From NCBI RefSeq assembly GCF_023055435.1, contig NW_025964334.1, positions 22,506,001 to 22,570,000 of the forward strand: a stretch of 64,000 bases of DNA, read 5' to 3'. Both the position numbers and the translations under genes were made by a program. Of the stretch, positions 37,784-51,045 are shown piece after piece. Position 1 is the first letter of the stretch; every line of letters begins with the position of its first letter. The DNA is from Haliotis rufescens. Its lineage: Eukaryota. The notes below the pieces were generated by a model, which did no database searches, was not told the origin of the DNA, and worked only from the letters and a program-made list of their open reading frames with translations.

Positions 37784-40700
37784 ATGATTATCACCGTGAT
37801 GCGACTTGAATGTTGCTGACTGTATCGCAGTACGCTCACTTGTTTTGTTCGAGATAGTTTTGTAAAGGTAGTTTTGATGGAAAGGCGCTTCTTGGCGCTT
37901 CAAATGCAGCCAATCCACCCCCGCAGTGTAGCAAAGAAAGATGTGTTTAGAAAACAATTACGTTCTTGTTATATGTCTTTGCTGACCCCTGGTTAGAAAT
38001 AAAACACGTCGGAATAGGATCCGATGCAATTCATGTTAATCGTTGTCAATTTCACAATCCATGTCTAGACTAAGGAAATTTCCAATGTCGGTCAAAACCT
38101 ATGGTTACAAACACTAAACAAAATTCAGAAAGTCAGCAGTTCTACAGTGTTTCGTCATGTAATTGTTATTAGAACATAAAGACTATTATATGTCTCAAAA
38201 TAGTGTAGTATGTGTAGTGATGAAAGCATTCGCTCGTCGCGGCCAACAACGGAAAGGTTCAGCTCCCTTCCCGTGTACAGTGTTCACATTTCTGGACGCT
38301 GTGAAACTGTCCGTTGTTAACTAAAAGCATCTTTAGAACCGTACATAGCCACTTTAACACAAGTCCATACTCCTCATTGTGTGCTTAACGGTATTGAGTG
38401 GATACTTTGAGCAAATGAAATATGTAAAATTCGCAGTAATGTCAAGAAACAAATGCGACAAAATCCCTTTCCATTCGTAAGAAATCTCTGCCAAACATAG
38501 ATTCGTGCGATGCGTTAATGAAATCACAATCTAATAGTTGTGACACCAGTGTTCGAATTGGTGAGTGTATCCTGTGACATATCGATAAGCTAACTTCAGA
38601 TGGTAGTGATATGTGACAAATCTTGCATGCGAATTCAGTTCTATATATGATAGAGAAACCTTCAGCTGTTCGCACAAAAAAAACCTGTGAAAAATCACAT
38701 TGCAAGGTCGAGGATATGTACCACATAAACGTGAACGGATTGCTAGATCTTTAGGTAAGTGTAATACGTTTAAATGTTGAATTAGTTTTAGAACTGTTCA
38801 AAGTTCTTGTATATAAATCCAGGATGAATGTACTCATGAAGAAAAATATGCTTTGTCTGTGTTAACACTTTCATTTTTCTTAACTTCATTTCAAATAAGA
38901 GAAAATGCTTTCGTGTTTAAGAATGTGAAAGGTGTGGGGATACATTTACGGAATCTAAAGTTGCGCATGTACTAGTGATACGAGTAGGCGGATGTTAAGA
39001 AGTTAGCATCGGTTGACGTTTGAGCACTTAACATTTAAGCTAGGTATACGAATGTACAAGCTCCTGGAGGCACGTCGTATTAAAAATACTCCGTGCCAAC
39101 AAAGAGCTCATGGTAATTGAAACAATCTTTATCTTGTTTGTAACTTCAACAAATCTAATCTAACTCAACTTCTTTTGATTTTCTACGCCAGAATATGGGA
39201 GATTTAATTAAAGACATACACTTTAACCGTGCTCTGACAATAACTTCAAAGAAAAGCCTAGTTAGAATTCTTGAATAAAATATGTTCAACCATACATCAG
39301 CGTAACGTTTCCTCCAAACTAATTTAAAGCGTTAACTACAAGACAGAATAGTAATTCCTTCATTATCCCAACTCTTGGCCGTATTGTTGACCAAAGAATA
39401 TCCAAACAAATATCATCATCAATATTTCATGACAATTCCAACGGCTGGGTTACCTAACAAAGCTAAACCAATATTTGACAAACAAAATAACTATACACGT
39501 TATTAGTTCCACGTGTCCTTAGTCCTATTCCAGAACACCAATTAGAGAAGCTTTCAGCAATCAGTGTTTGGGATGTAAGGATGTAGGATTGATGGACGCA
39601 CTTACTTAATCACTTACCACACAGCCAAGCATTTAGATTGAATCTCTGCGTGAGACAGCGTAGACAATGAGTCGTTAATATTTCAAAATGAAATATTCAA
39701 AGCAACGAAAATTGACTTATTTTTTTCGAGGTTCGTTAGGTATAAACTCGACAGTGACAGGGATGACAATCACATATTGAAGTCATATAATGAACAATTG
39801 CTTGTACTCTGGAACGCAATCATATATGCTCACAGTTGAATCACTGTATGCAAGACACCGGTTACAATAGTAACTAAGATCTGAGTACATGTAGGTACAT
39901 TCATGCACCGTTTGTCCGGATGAGAAAGTGAAGAAACCCTGGCTTCAGGACGATTGTAGTTCGAAACGTTAATGTACAGTAAACGGGAAATTTTGGTAAC
40001 ATTCGATTTTGTTTGAGGTTTCAAATCATAATCACCTCCTCAGATTAAAACAGCTGATTTGACGGCCGGATCACCGCTGAACATAATATTTATAGAAAAT
40101 ACATTTTTCTCAATCATTGTCAGATGACATTTTGAAATATGACTGTTATAAAATGCAGAGTAAAGTATTGTAAGATATAGCAAAATATATCATTGGTGTA
40201 GGTAATGTGACACTAACAACTAGGGCACAGTGAAAATTCATGTCTTTTGTACTCAAAACTTTTAGAATATTTACTGAAATGAAGGCTTCGCACGATATCG
40301 TTACTAAACCTGACCAGAGCAGTTATGTAATCATTTTCTGAACATCAATTCAGATTAAAAATTCACCTTGATATTTAATATTTATCGGGTTTCCTGAGTC
40401 ACCGTATATGCATGCATACAAGCATGTGTGTTGACAAGTTATCGCCCTCAGAGTGTCGCGGGGGCACTTAGAGGTCGCTCTAAGTGAGGCAGGTTAAATA
40501 TTTGTCCACACCGTGAATTTACGATATGGCTTCACACTGCACTATCAAATAACATGTCTCCTTTTTACCCATTATAATTGGAATGATTTTGTTCATGTAT
40601 GAAATATGATTTCATCAATGACCGGTTTAAGACAAGAGATCGAGAGATCGCAAAGCAGCTATCCTTGACAGAATTGGTCTGGAACAAAATGATATGACGT

Positions 40701-41372
40701 TGTGCCTATAGATAGGAACGCTATTGCTGATCACGGTTGAAACTTGAACTACTGTTTGAACCTAACGTAAAGATAAAAAAAAAAAAATTCATTAAACAAC
40801 GACCTTCTGCATAAATCCAACGTCAGTGTGGATATGTCTTTTACGCATTAATGTAAAAAGTAACAAAACAAGCAAGATTTTCGATTAACGAAAGCTGTAT
40901 AAAATCAGTGGCTGCTAGCACGGGCAAGATGCTGAGAGACCAGAAGCAAAGTACCGACATACCAAGATTATTAACCTGGATAAATGCGGGACTACCACCA
41001 ACGATCACAATATCCCGAACGGATAAGGGATGCAACTCTGCACAACGACATGTGGTTATTTAAACTTTGTGCCCAAGAGACGTTATTTTCGAGGCACATT
41101 TTTAGATAAGATGTGGGAAACATTACGCCTCCCCTGACTTAAATTCAGATTTGTGTTACTATTTTAATGTTTTGTGTTCTAACATACTGGCATAACAACA
41201 CAATGAACAGGGTTAAGATTTATAAAGCTTATTTTACAACCCTTCTCACTTACTCATGAGTTCAATACAATATATTCAGATGCCCATGGACAATAGATGT
41301 ACGCTGTAAAAGAAACGTATACATGTTGTCTAGATATTAAGATTTCACTTTAGCCTGCTTCACCCCCGCCCT

Positions 41373-41540
41373 GGGGGCGGTCGGGTAGCCTAGTGGTTAA
41401 AGCGTTCGCTCGTCACGCCGAAGACCCGGGTTCGATTCCCGACATGGGTACAATGTGTGAAGCCCATTTCTGGTGTCCCCCGCCGTGATATTGCTGGAAT
41501 ATTGCTAAAAGCGGCGTAAAACCATACTCACTCACTCACT
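41373..41540 (+). mobile_element. SINE family D, full length (tRNA-Asp-like head)
   Basis: 12-bp TSD tcacccccgccc (41360-41371, 41540-41551); A box tagcctagtgg, GTC in an anticodon-like loop, B box ggttcgattccc. Confidence 0.9.
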
Positions 41541-41557
41541 CACCCCCGCCCCAACGT

Positions 41558-41765
41558 TCCCGTGAAGATACCCGTTAGAATTGGTCTTCAGCAACCCATG
41601 CTTGTCGTTAGAGGCGCCCGGTGGAATCATGCACATTGACATGGTTGGTGCATGTCATCGTATCCGATATGCGCAAACAACACTGTCTGTCTGGTCAAAA
41701 TTGATTATTTACAGACGGCCGTCATAAAGGAGGAATAGCTCTGCATGGACATTAAACAACAAACA
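41558..41765 (+). mobile_element. Family C element, diverged
   Basis: cccgtgaagata...ggtcttcagcaacccatgcttgtcgttagaggcg...ttaaacaacaaac. Confidence 0.8.
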
Positions 41766-42433
41766 ATAGTCTACTTACCGTTAATAAAGACAACAGAGAC
41801 AGATGGAATATCTTGAAGTAGATAACCATCTGAGATGTGAAAGATAATGTGTGCATACTAATATTGCTCCATAATCGTGGCCTAGAGCAAAGACATGGAA
41901 CTACACAATTTATCCAATCATTTTACATTCTCATCTCCCTGGGGAGTAGACAACCCAAGCAGAAAAAGGTTTTGCATTCATGTAATCAACCATCTGATCT
42001 ACCCCATTGCCAAAGGATAGAGGTCAAGTCGCTTGCCTACAGTAACACCACGTAATCTGTGTTTTAGTGCAGGGCAATGCTGAAGCCCAAGAAATGATTT
42101 GGACTCAAGCTTGCCGAAAGCGCTGCTTGAATTCACTTGAAATGTGATCCATGCGCAAAGCTCAGGATACCATACCGTCTCAAGATACATAAAGAATGGA
42201 GTATAGAGAATCCCCGCTTAAGCAACAATAGTACAGTGAGGACATTCTATCGGATCTGTATGTGTGTTCCGTGACGTATGGTAGAGGTTTACGTACTTAT
42301 AGAATTGCGTGAGTTAGTGAGTCGGTTAAATACCTCTTTAATGCGTATTTCAACTCAGTTTGTTGTAGGAGTAAAACGTGATGCCGACACCATGAGCACG
42401 ATTATGGCGCTGTGACAGAAAAGGTCAGAATCA

Positions 42434-42610
42434 GTCCGCCTCCGTGGTCTAGTGGTAGAGCGTCCGCCCAGAGAGCACAAGGTCAGGGGTTCGATGCCCG
42501 GCCGAGCCATGACAAAATACGTTGAAATATGCTGTTTTAACCCCGTCTGGAGCTCGGCATTTAAGGGTCTAAGACAAGGACTATTCGGCTCGGAGTCTGA
42601 GTGGGTATCA
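42434..42610 (+). mobile_element. SINE family A, 5' portion
   Basis: ccgcctccgtggtctagtggtagagcgtccgccc head. Confidence 0.8.
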
Positions 42611-43260
42611 GGTTGATGCAATTCCGTGCGGTGAAAACCCAGGATCTAGTATTATGAGTCTCAAAGGTCTGTGTGTCTGAAATGTGTCGCATCCATAGGG
42701 ATAGGGGCGTCCACTGGACATGACGCTGACACAGGCTGTGCAATTTCTTAAGGAAATGAGTTACCTACCCTTAGTTCAGAGTCAATATGACAATAAGGCT
42801 TAGGATTCAAACTGAAAATATTCATGACACCTATATATCACATGTCGTCTAGATCTGGTTTTGCCACGAACCTGTACACAGCATAAATCTTAAATGACCC
42901 GCAAAAAAGAAAATTAAATATCATATTTTATTATAAATTGTTAGACAAACACTTGTGTAACCTATGCAAAGCGACAGAATCTCGCGGTCTTATTGTAAAC
43001 GTATCAAGCAACACTGATGGTGATTTTACAGACAAGCTGGATCATTGCTATTAACCAGGTGAAATAGAAAGAAATATAAATTCCGTTTGTCAGCTGCAAA
43101 AACATTTTTTCATTTACTTGATCCACGTGTTGAGTCTAGACGGCGAACTTGTACATAAATGTGTTTGAACATATGTTACACGAAGGTATTTTCATGTTTA
43201 GATATATATTCTAGTATACAGACACACACTCACACACATCTAATCCTCTGTAAACACAAA

Positions 43261-45603
43261 CGTTGTGACATGGACGTTTCCACGACGATAAGACAACCTA
43301 CAACGTTGTGACAAGGGCGATCTCACATCGACATTACGTTCTTACAACGTTGTCGGCAGATGTAACAAGGCGATCTCAACAACGTTGAAGCATTGATATT
43401 ACGTTCCGTTAAAGCAAGGATGATCTCATCGAAATGGCGTTCTGAAAACGTTGTTGCTACATTGTTCTGACAAGGACGATGTTGAAATGATATGGCGTTT
43501 CTACGTCGTTGTGACAAGGACGATCTCACATTGGATATGTCGTTCCAACGTCGTTGTGACAAGGATGATCTCACATCGATATGGCGTTCCTACATCGTTG
43601 TGACTAGGGCGATCTCACATCGATATGACGTTCCTACATCGTTGTGTCAAGGGCTATCTCACATCGATATGACGTTCCTACATCGTTGTGACAAGGGCGA
43701 TCTCACATCGATATGACGTTCCTACATCATTGTGACTAGGTCCATCTCACATCGCTTTAACGTTCCTACATCATTGTGACACGGGCGATCTAACATCGAT
43801 ATGACGTTCCTACATCATTGTGACACGGGCGATCTCACATCGATATGACGCTCCTACATCGTTGTGACAAGGTCGATCTCACATCGATATGACGTTCCTA
43901 CATCGTTGCAACAAGGACAATCTCACATTGATATGACGTTCCTACAGCTATGTGGCAAGGTCGATCTCACATCGATATGACGTTCCTACATCGTTGCAAC
44001 AAGGACCATCTCACATTGATATGACGTTCCTTCACCGTTGTGACAAGGACGATCTCACATTGATCTGACGTTCTTACATCATTGTGACTAGGGCGATCTC
44101 ACATCGATATAATGTTCCTACATCGTTGTGACAAGGGCGATCTCACATCGATATGACGTTCCTACATCATTGTGACAAGGTCGATCTCACATCGATATGA
44201 CGTTCCTACATCGTTGTGACACGGGCGATCTCACATCGATATGGTGTTCCTACGTTATTGTGACTAGGTCGATCACACATTGATATGGCGTTCCTACATC
44301 GTTGTGACTAGGGCGATCTCACATCGATATGACGTTCCTACATCGTTGTGACTAGGGCGATCTCACATTGATATGACGTTCCTACATCGTTGTGACTAGG
44401 GCGATCTCACATTGATATGGCGTTCCTACATCATTGTGACACGGGCGATCTCACATTGATATGACGTTCCTACATCGTTGTGCCTAGGTCGATCTCACAT
44501 TGATATGGCGTTCCTACATCGTTGTGACTAGGGCGATCTCACATCGATATGACGTTCCTACATCGTTGTGACTAGGGCGATCTCACATTGATATGACGTT
44601 CCTACATCGTTGTGACACGGGCGATCTCACATTGATATGGCGTTCCTACATCATTGTGACACGGGCGATCTCACATTGATATGACGTTCCTACATCGTTG
44701 TGCCTAGGTCGATCTCACATCGATATGACGTTCCTACATCATTGTGAACAGGTCGATCTCACATTGATATGACGTTCCTACATCGTTGTGACTAGGACGA
44801 TCTCACATCGATATGACGTTCCTACATCGTTGCGACAAGGACAATCTTACATTGATATGACGTTCCGACATCTCTGTGGCAAGGGCGATCTCACATTGAT
44901 ATGACGTTCTTACATCGTTGTGACAATGGCTATCTCACATCGATATGACGTTCCTACATCGTTGTGACAAGGGCGATCTCACATCGATATGTCGATCCTA
45001 CATTGTTCTGACATGAACGATCTAACATCGATATGACGTCCCTAAATCATTGTGGCAAGGTCGATCTCACATCGATATGACGTTTCTACATCGTTGCAAC
45101 AAGGACGATCTAACATCGATATGACGTCCCTAAAGCATTGTGTCAAGGTCGATCTCACATTGATATGACGTTCCCACATCATTGTGGCAAGGTCGATCTC
45201 ACATTGATATGACGTTCCTACATCATTGTGACAAGGTCGATCTCACATTGATATGACGTTCCTACATCATTGTGACAAGGTCGATCTCACATTGATATGA
45301 CGTTCCTACATCATTGTGGCAAGGTCGATCTCACATCGATATGACGTTCCTACATCATTGTGACAAGGTCGATCTCACATTGATATGACGTTCCTACATC
45401 GTTGTGACACGGGCGATCCCACATTGATATGACGTTCCTACATCATTGTGACACGGGCGATCTCACATTGATATGACTTTCCTACATCGTTGTGGCAAGG
45501 TTGATCTCACATTGATATGACGTTCCTACACCGTTGCAACAAGGTCGATCTCACATTGATATGACGTTCCTACATCGTTGTGACAAGGTCGATCTCACAT
45601 CGA
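43261..45603. repeat. 44-bp minisatellite, about 50 copies
   Basis: Unit gatctcacatYgatatgacgttcctacatcRttgtgacaaggtc; degenerate at the left edge. Confidence 0.95.
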
Positions 45604-45660
45604 CAAGGCGTTTCAATTCGACTTACAATAAAGAATAAAATACGGAATCCATAACGGATC

Positions 45661-45880
45661 GGACCGACCTTTTCTTCAATATTTGGGGTGGGTGGGTGGG
45701 TGTTTTTTTGTACGGAGATTAAGATATTTCTTCATCTGTAGGTGCAAAACCAGATATTCTTTTAATTTAAACTGAGGGCCTGTTAATTCAACTTCAGAAT
45801 CCTCTCGGACAATTTTCTTTTCGAGGAAATCACAGCACACATCCCGTCCCTGCTCCCAGTTTATCAAATGGTCGGTCCCC
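45661..45880. mobile_element. Possible MITE
   Basis: Short inverted termini ggaccgacctttt / aaatggtcggtcc; right end resembles atcaaatgattggccc at about 4107-4121. Confidence 0.4.
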
Positions 45881-47289
45881 ACTAATTAATGGCGTAAGGA
45901 ACATTGGAGATCTACGATAACATTTTGTGTGCAGACCATATATGGTGGAGGGTCTTCTTGGAATAATGACCCTCACCCTGTAATAAATAACCAGTCCTTT
46001 ACTCCAAACTTAAGGTACAAAACTAAACAACTGGTATCTGTATCAAATACATCAGATACATCGAATAACCGTTTCTTGTTTGTTTCGGGGTGCCACATAG
46101 AGCAGTACTGTATGAACTTTGTAAGGCCACGAGAGAAAATGTGAACGCTATGCCTTCATCTGAAATCTAATTAAGTCCTAACCTTTGAACGTTTCCCAAA
46201 CCAGAAAAAAATGGTAAAATGCGTCAACACGAGTTTGTTAAATGGCGACTGTTTCTGTTGTTCTGTGAACTTATGCCGACGATGACGCACAACTGAAAAG
46301 TTGTAAATTATTTCTTCATTATTCAAGAACAGCATTGTAAATTCACTTAGAAACCTCGGTATTTCATATGCAAGTCACGAAAAACCCCATGGAAGAATAA
46401 AAGTACTTTTTGTTCAGTAACATCGAAAGCCAGTAAAAACAGTCAGCCAACTTGTTAGTGACAATGCGCTTGGTTTACAATGACTTTCGCTGTTAGAATA
46501 GTTGCTCACAGTTGCAGGAACATCAAACGGTATGCAGGTCGTCGAAAGCCAACATGCACGAATAGAGTGTTGGCTTAGGATCCCGATCGTTGCGAAGTTG
46601 GGATTCGACTCCACAATCAGAGTAATCTGGCTACTGTGTTAGTTGCAAGCTCCTCAGACCAGCTGGCAACTCAAAAGAAGAAATATCTCGTATTGAATGT
46701 CGCTTGGTATGGAAAGACATAGTCATTATAAGGTTGCTTCAGTTGCCACACAGTCCCCGCTTGTTCTGCTTCGTATAAGTGCTAGGTATATCCATACTAG
46801 TCCAGGGAATTACACCTTCATCTTCGGCTCAACGAAGTGTTTGTGTACTGGTCAATATACCGAGGGCAATATGGGTATAAACTGACTATATCTCACCCAG
46901 GGCGAATATTTCCTTTTTTTCGATAACCACACCCCTGCTGTCAAAAAGTAACTGACACGACCATAAAATATCCAAAGGATACGTCATTAACACGTAATCA
47001 TTGTTATTAATAGGTTCCTACAACTGATGTCTTTTCTCATTACCAATTGGAAAACGGTAATGTTATTGTCTTGTCAGCGTGAAAGATGTGGTTTCGTACC
47101 TCAGGCGGAATACATTACACATTCTCTTGATTTCCATTACGTCAGGATTGAGACCACGGTTCAGCACAAATTGTCGCCGGGCATGTATTGCCGCGGTCCA
47201 GTACACATCTAAAAAAAATAAACTTGGTGATGACGACGTTGTTGATCATGACGATCATCACTACATGTATAGAAACATATAAGACCTGA

Positions 47290-47550
47290 TTTTATCCCCC
47301 CGGACATATAACGACGGGGGGGGTCAGTTTGTCCGTCTGCCTGTCCGTCCGTCTGTCTCTGTCTCTGTCCGTCAGTTTGTCCGTCTGCCTGGCCGTCCGT
47401 CTGTCTCTGTCCGTCAGTTTGTCCGTCTGCCTGTCCGTCCGTCTGTCTCTGTCTCTGTCTCCTACTCACGCACACAACTGTTACGGTATTTTATGATTTA
47501 AACAGTATAGATTTCTACAATCGTATGTATAGTGCATGGGGATTTATAAT
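47290..47550 (+). mobile_element. HINE/DINE-1-like (Helentron-associated) element
   Basis: ttttatcccccc...ggggggg inverted pair directly followed by a (GTCY)n-type microsatellite, then ggggat near the 3' end. Confidence 0.5.
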
Positions 47551-47931
47551 GCCTCTATTCACTATCAAAATCCAAACCCTGACTTTGCGTCTTTGAAGTA
47601 CCTGTTGTTGATGACTATACTGCAATAAACAACGTTTATTTAATGTTATTCCTTCTTATTGTTGCATATATCTCAGTAGTTTTGATTTGATAATTCAAAG
47701 TTCGACTTATTTGGAAATGAAAGGGAATAAACCATTTCTATATTGATGAGAAATCGCTGCTAAAAGCATCGCCAATGGTACAAGTGTTTATGGGAATGTG
47801 TAATGTGTGATTGCGCGAATGTGTGATTGGGACAATGCCAGTGACATAGGTTTGTCGTTTTGTGTTAAACCGCACGGCGCGTATGGAAAAAAAGTACCTA
47901 AAATTTGAGAGACATGCGTCGACAAACTTCA

Positions 47932-47965
47932 TACGACGGTTGACTGATAAGTTCTAAGCCTCACA
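47932..47965 (+). mobile_element. Isolated mariner-like TIR remnant
   Basis: tacgacggttgactgataagttctaagcct resembles Himar1-type TIRs (GGTTGGCTGATAAGT); no partner TIR found. Confidence 0.35.
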
Positions 47966-49314
47966 TAGAAGGAACGGCGTAATAGTGAAAATCATTTGTT
48001 GTGGATATGACGTGATAGCATAGAGGTATATCCACACACAATTGAGTTAATTGAGCAAATTGTGTCGCTGTGACAAGTCATATGCATCTGTCAAGTAGCG
48101 CCCTTGTTTGAAATCTAGATGTCCAATAAGTCATTGCACATTATTATTGAAAACTACATATCCTAACGATGTTAGACATGTGACATTTATGTCAATGTCT
48201 ACATTCATTGACATTTCGTTGTGAGTTTAATATACCGATAAAAAATCCGGATGAAATTGTCAGACCAGAGTGTGTTTGACGCCCAAACAAAATTGACAGT
48301 AGTGGTCGTGATTAGTTCATGCGCAAACTGTTTCAAAGATTATGTTACAAGACGAATGACAGTTTTGATTGTATATCCTGATGAAAACCCGGATATAGGT
48401 CTCAGTGTCAATGCTCTTTCATTGGTGATAAAAACAACTTCGGGGTAAGTGGAGACATTTTTCAAAGGACAAAAAGCGAAAGGTGGCAAAATAGTCCTAA
48501 CAAATGCTCAAAATGACATCGCTGAATATCGGACAAAAGAAAAACAAATTCAAGTTGCCACCGCTCCATAACGGACAAAAGAAAAAACAAATTCAAGTTG
48601 GCTTTGAGCAACGTATCGGTTGTCGATGAAGTTGTCAAAATTGATGACCGTCATGTCGAATATTTGTTGCCCTCGATCATGAATATTTCAACTTCATCAT
48701 AAATCACAAAGCAATCTGCTTGTGACAATCAACCTACGTCTCTTGCAACAGCAAGACAGTGGTTCAAAACCATTAAACTTCATCTTTGGAAGACTACAAG
48801 AGTAAAACAGATATGCGATGTCACCAAGAAAGATGTTAAATCTAAAGCATATGAAATACAGCCACGTTGAGGCAACAGCTGTCAGACCAAGTGACAAAGT
48901 GAGAACACGAGTATGAATCTTCTTTTCACAAACATCGAGTCTAAAGAATGTTGAAACTTTGTAGTGCAAAACATTCAACTTCAATGAACGATATCACTTA
49001 AAATGTAACTCCTATTTGCAATAATGATACAATAAATCAGGACTGTATTGCTTCCAATATATGCATGTTTTGTTTGTTGTTTAACGCGCACTCTGCAATA
49101 TTCCAGCTATATGACGGCTTACGTGCATAACGTTTCACCGAACTTTTTCTCACCAATATTACATGTAGAGTTGTTCATTGTGAAGAATTAACCTTTATTA
49201 CTAACTGGACCAGGTGGTCTTGACTTAATTAATTGCATACACAGACCGCGTGGGACATTGTTCATAAAACGAACTATTAGAAATCCATGTTCCTGGTATG
49301 CAGCATTATGATGA

Positions 49315-49431
49315 TTGGTTGGTTGGTTTGTTTGTTTGTTGTTTAACGCCGCACTCAGCAATATTCTACCTATATGACGGCGGTCTGTAAATAATCGAAT
49401 CTGGACCAGACAATCCAGTGATTGGTATCAT
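49315..49431 (-). mobile_element. Family C, 5'-truncated (a shorter fragment lies at 49066-49118)
   Basis: tttaacgccgcactcagcaatattc...ccagacaatccagtgat. Confidence 0.8.
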
Positions 49432-50777
49432 GATGAAGACAATGTTGATGTTTTCATCTTGCTTCAGAATCTATTACATAATTCAAGTTTTGAATATAAT
49501 CATTGAGAATATTCCACGAAAGAATTAGTGTTCCCCTTTGAGCTTTGCTTAAGGTAAAATATGTCAGAATCCCAGAACACGTGCCTGAGCCGATATTAAC
49601 AAGGTCAACATTAAGGATGTGTGATAAATAATTTCTCAGGTTATTTGCAACAATGTACTGGTCAAAAGAAGTTAACTGTTTTAAGAAACGGTTTGTTTAT
49701 CTTAATATATTTTCTGTTCATTACCGGATGGGGCAATCCATTGCCCATTATCATATCTCTGTCCTGTTCTTTACCCATTGGGACAACCAATTACCCGTTA
49801 TCACATCCTTGTCCTGAGAGCTAAAATGAAGGTTGTTGTCACAATGTTGCAATTGGCAGATTGTCCCTTCAATGTGGGACTTGCTCCTATTCACAACCAC
49901 CATTTTGACCAGTCCAGTACCCATTGCTGAGGCTGACCACAGTGTTAACAGCACACCACAGCCTTATAATTTCAATCTGAGACGTAAGCACGTGGAACTG
50001 ATGTGATGGATGGCACTGACATTTATAAATTCTTCTGATGATAATCCTCAAATTTAACATAAGTGAAAACCACCTGATAATGAGACAGTTTGAGTGTCCT
50101 TGATGGTGACCGATAGTACACCTGTCCTGATGCAAGGACTTCAAACGAAGTGAGAACAATTCGGTGCATTTCAACATAATATTATTTATGTAGGTTAGTT
50201 GTACACAATGACACGCGATGGGAATAAATGTGACCTTGTTTTGTATGTGCACAACGTAGCTACCAGCTATTAGTCTGTGTACTGTACACCTTCTGTAAAC
50301 AATTTTAATATGCGTGGCTACAATATCAAAAAGGCTGCTTAATCTTGGATCCAGTTTGACAGCTCAATTTCTCACTGTACAATAGACGTCATCCACGTCA
50401 CAAGACGCGAGGTAAAACCACGAGCCCCTGCCCAGACGATAGGTTCACAGTGGCGCGAAATCACCGACCGTCTATCAGCCTACACAAAAACGGTAACGTA
50501 ATTGAACGAAAAAAAAGGGTTTATTCATTGCTGACACTGCAGACAACATATCACAAAGCAAATATAACACGATCATTATTAATAATACACTCAACACATC
50601 AACAATTTGTAAATCTATAGTCAATTGACGAATGTTGAAAATACAATCCCCTATCTTAGTATGACATTCTATTTTCTGAAGAAATGTATAATTTGTACGA
50701 CATAATACATTTATAAGTCTTTGAAAGGCATTTTCTCATAATAAGGACGTTGACATCCATAAAGTAATACATGTATA

Positions 50778-50885
50778 GTTTGTTTGTTTAAGATCGCACT
50801 CAACAATGCAGCTATATGACGGCGGTTTGTAACGAATCGAGTCTGGACTAGCCAACCAGTGATTGACACCAGGAGCATCGGTATA
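50778..50885 (-). mobile_element. Family C fragment
   Basis: gctatatgacggcggtttgtaacgaatcgagtctggac. Confidence 0.7.
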
Positions 50886-51045
50886 CATGTACGGAAAATA
50901 CTATTTCTGCAAACCAATCACATCGTCGTTATCGCAGCAAGGAATAAACAACAACTTTACAGCACATGGTATCCATAAACGCTTAACTCAAATGCAAATG
51001 CACACAGAAACAGTTGTCATTATTTTTGTCGGGATCATTCATAGA

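Noticed and set aside
41373-41450. tRNA-Asp(GTC)-like sequence as a real tRNA gene
   Set aside because: No proper acceptor stem or T-run terminator; it continues into a SINE body with tail and TSD, and occurs in several copies.
43261-45603. CRISPR-like regular periodicity (also in the other arrays)
   Set aside because: Units are contiguous with no unique spacers, there are no cas genes, and the context is eukaryotic.
46414-46640. GPCR-like fragments on the minus strand (KPTLYSCMLAFDDL; SWLTVF)
   Set aside because: Too short and interrupted by stops to support a call.
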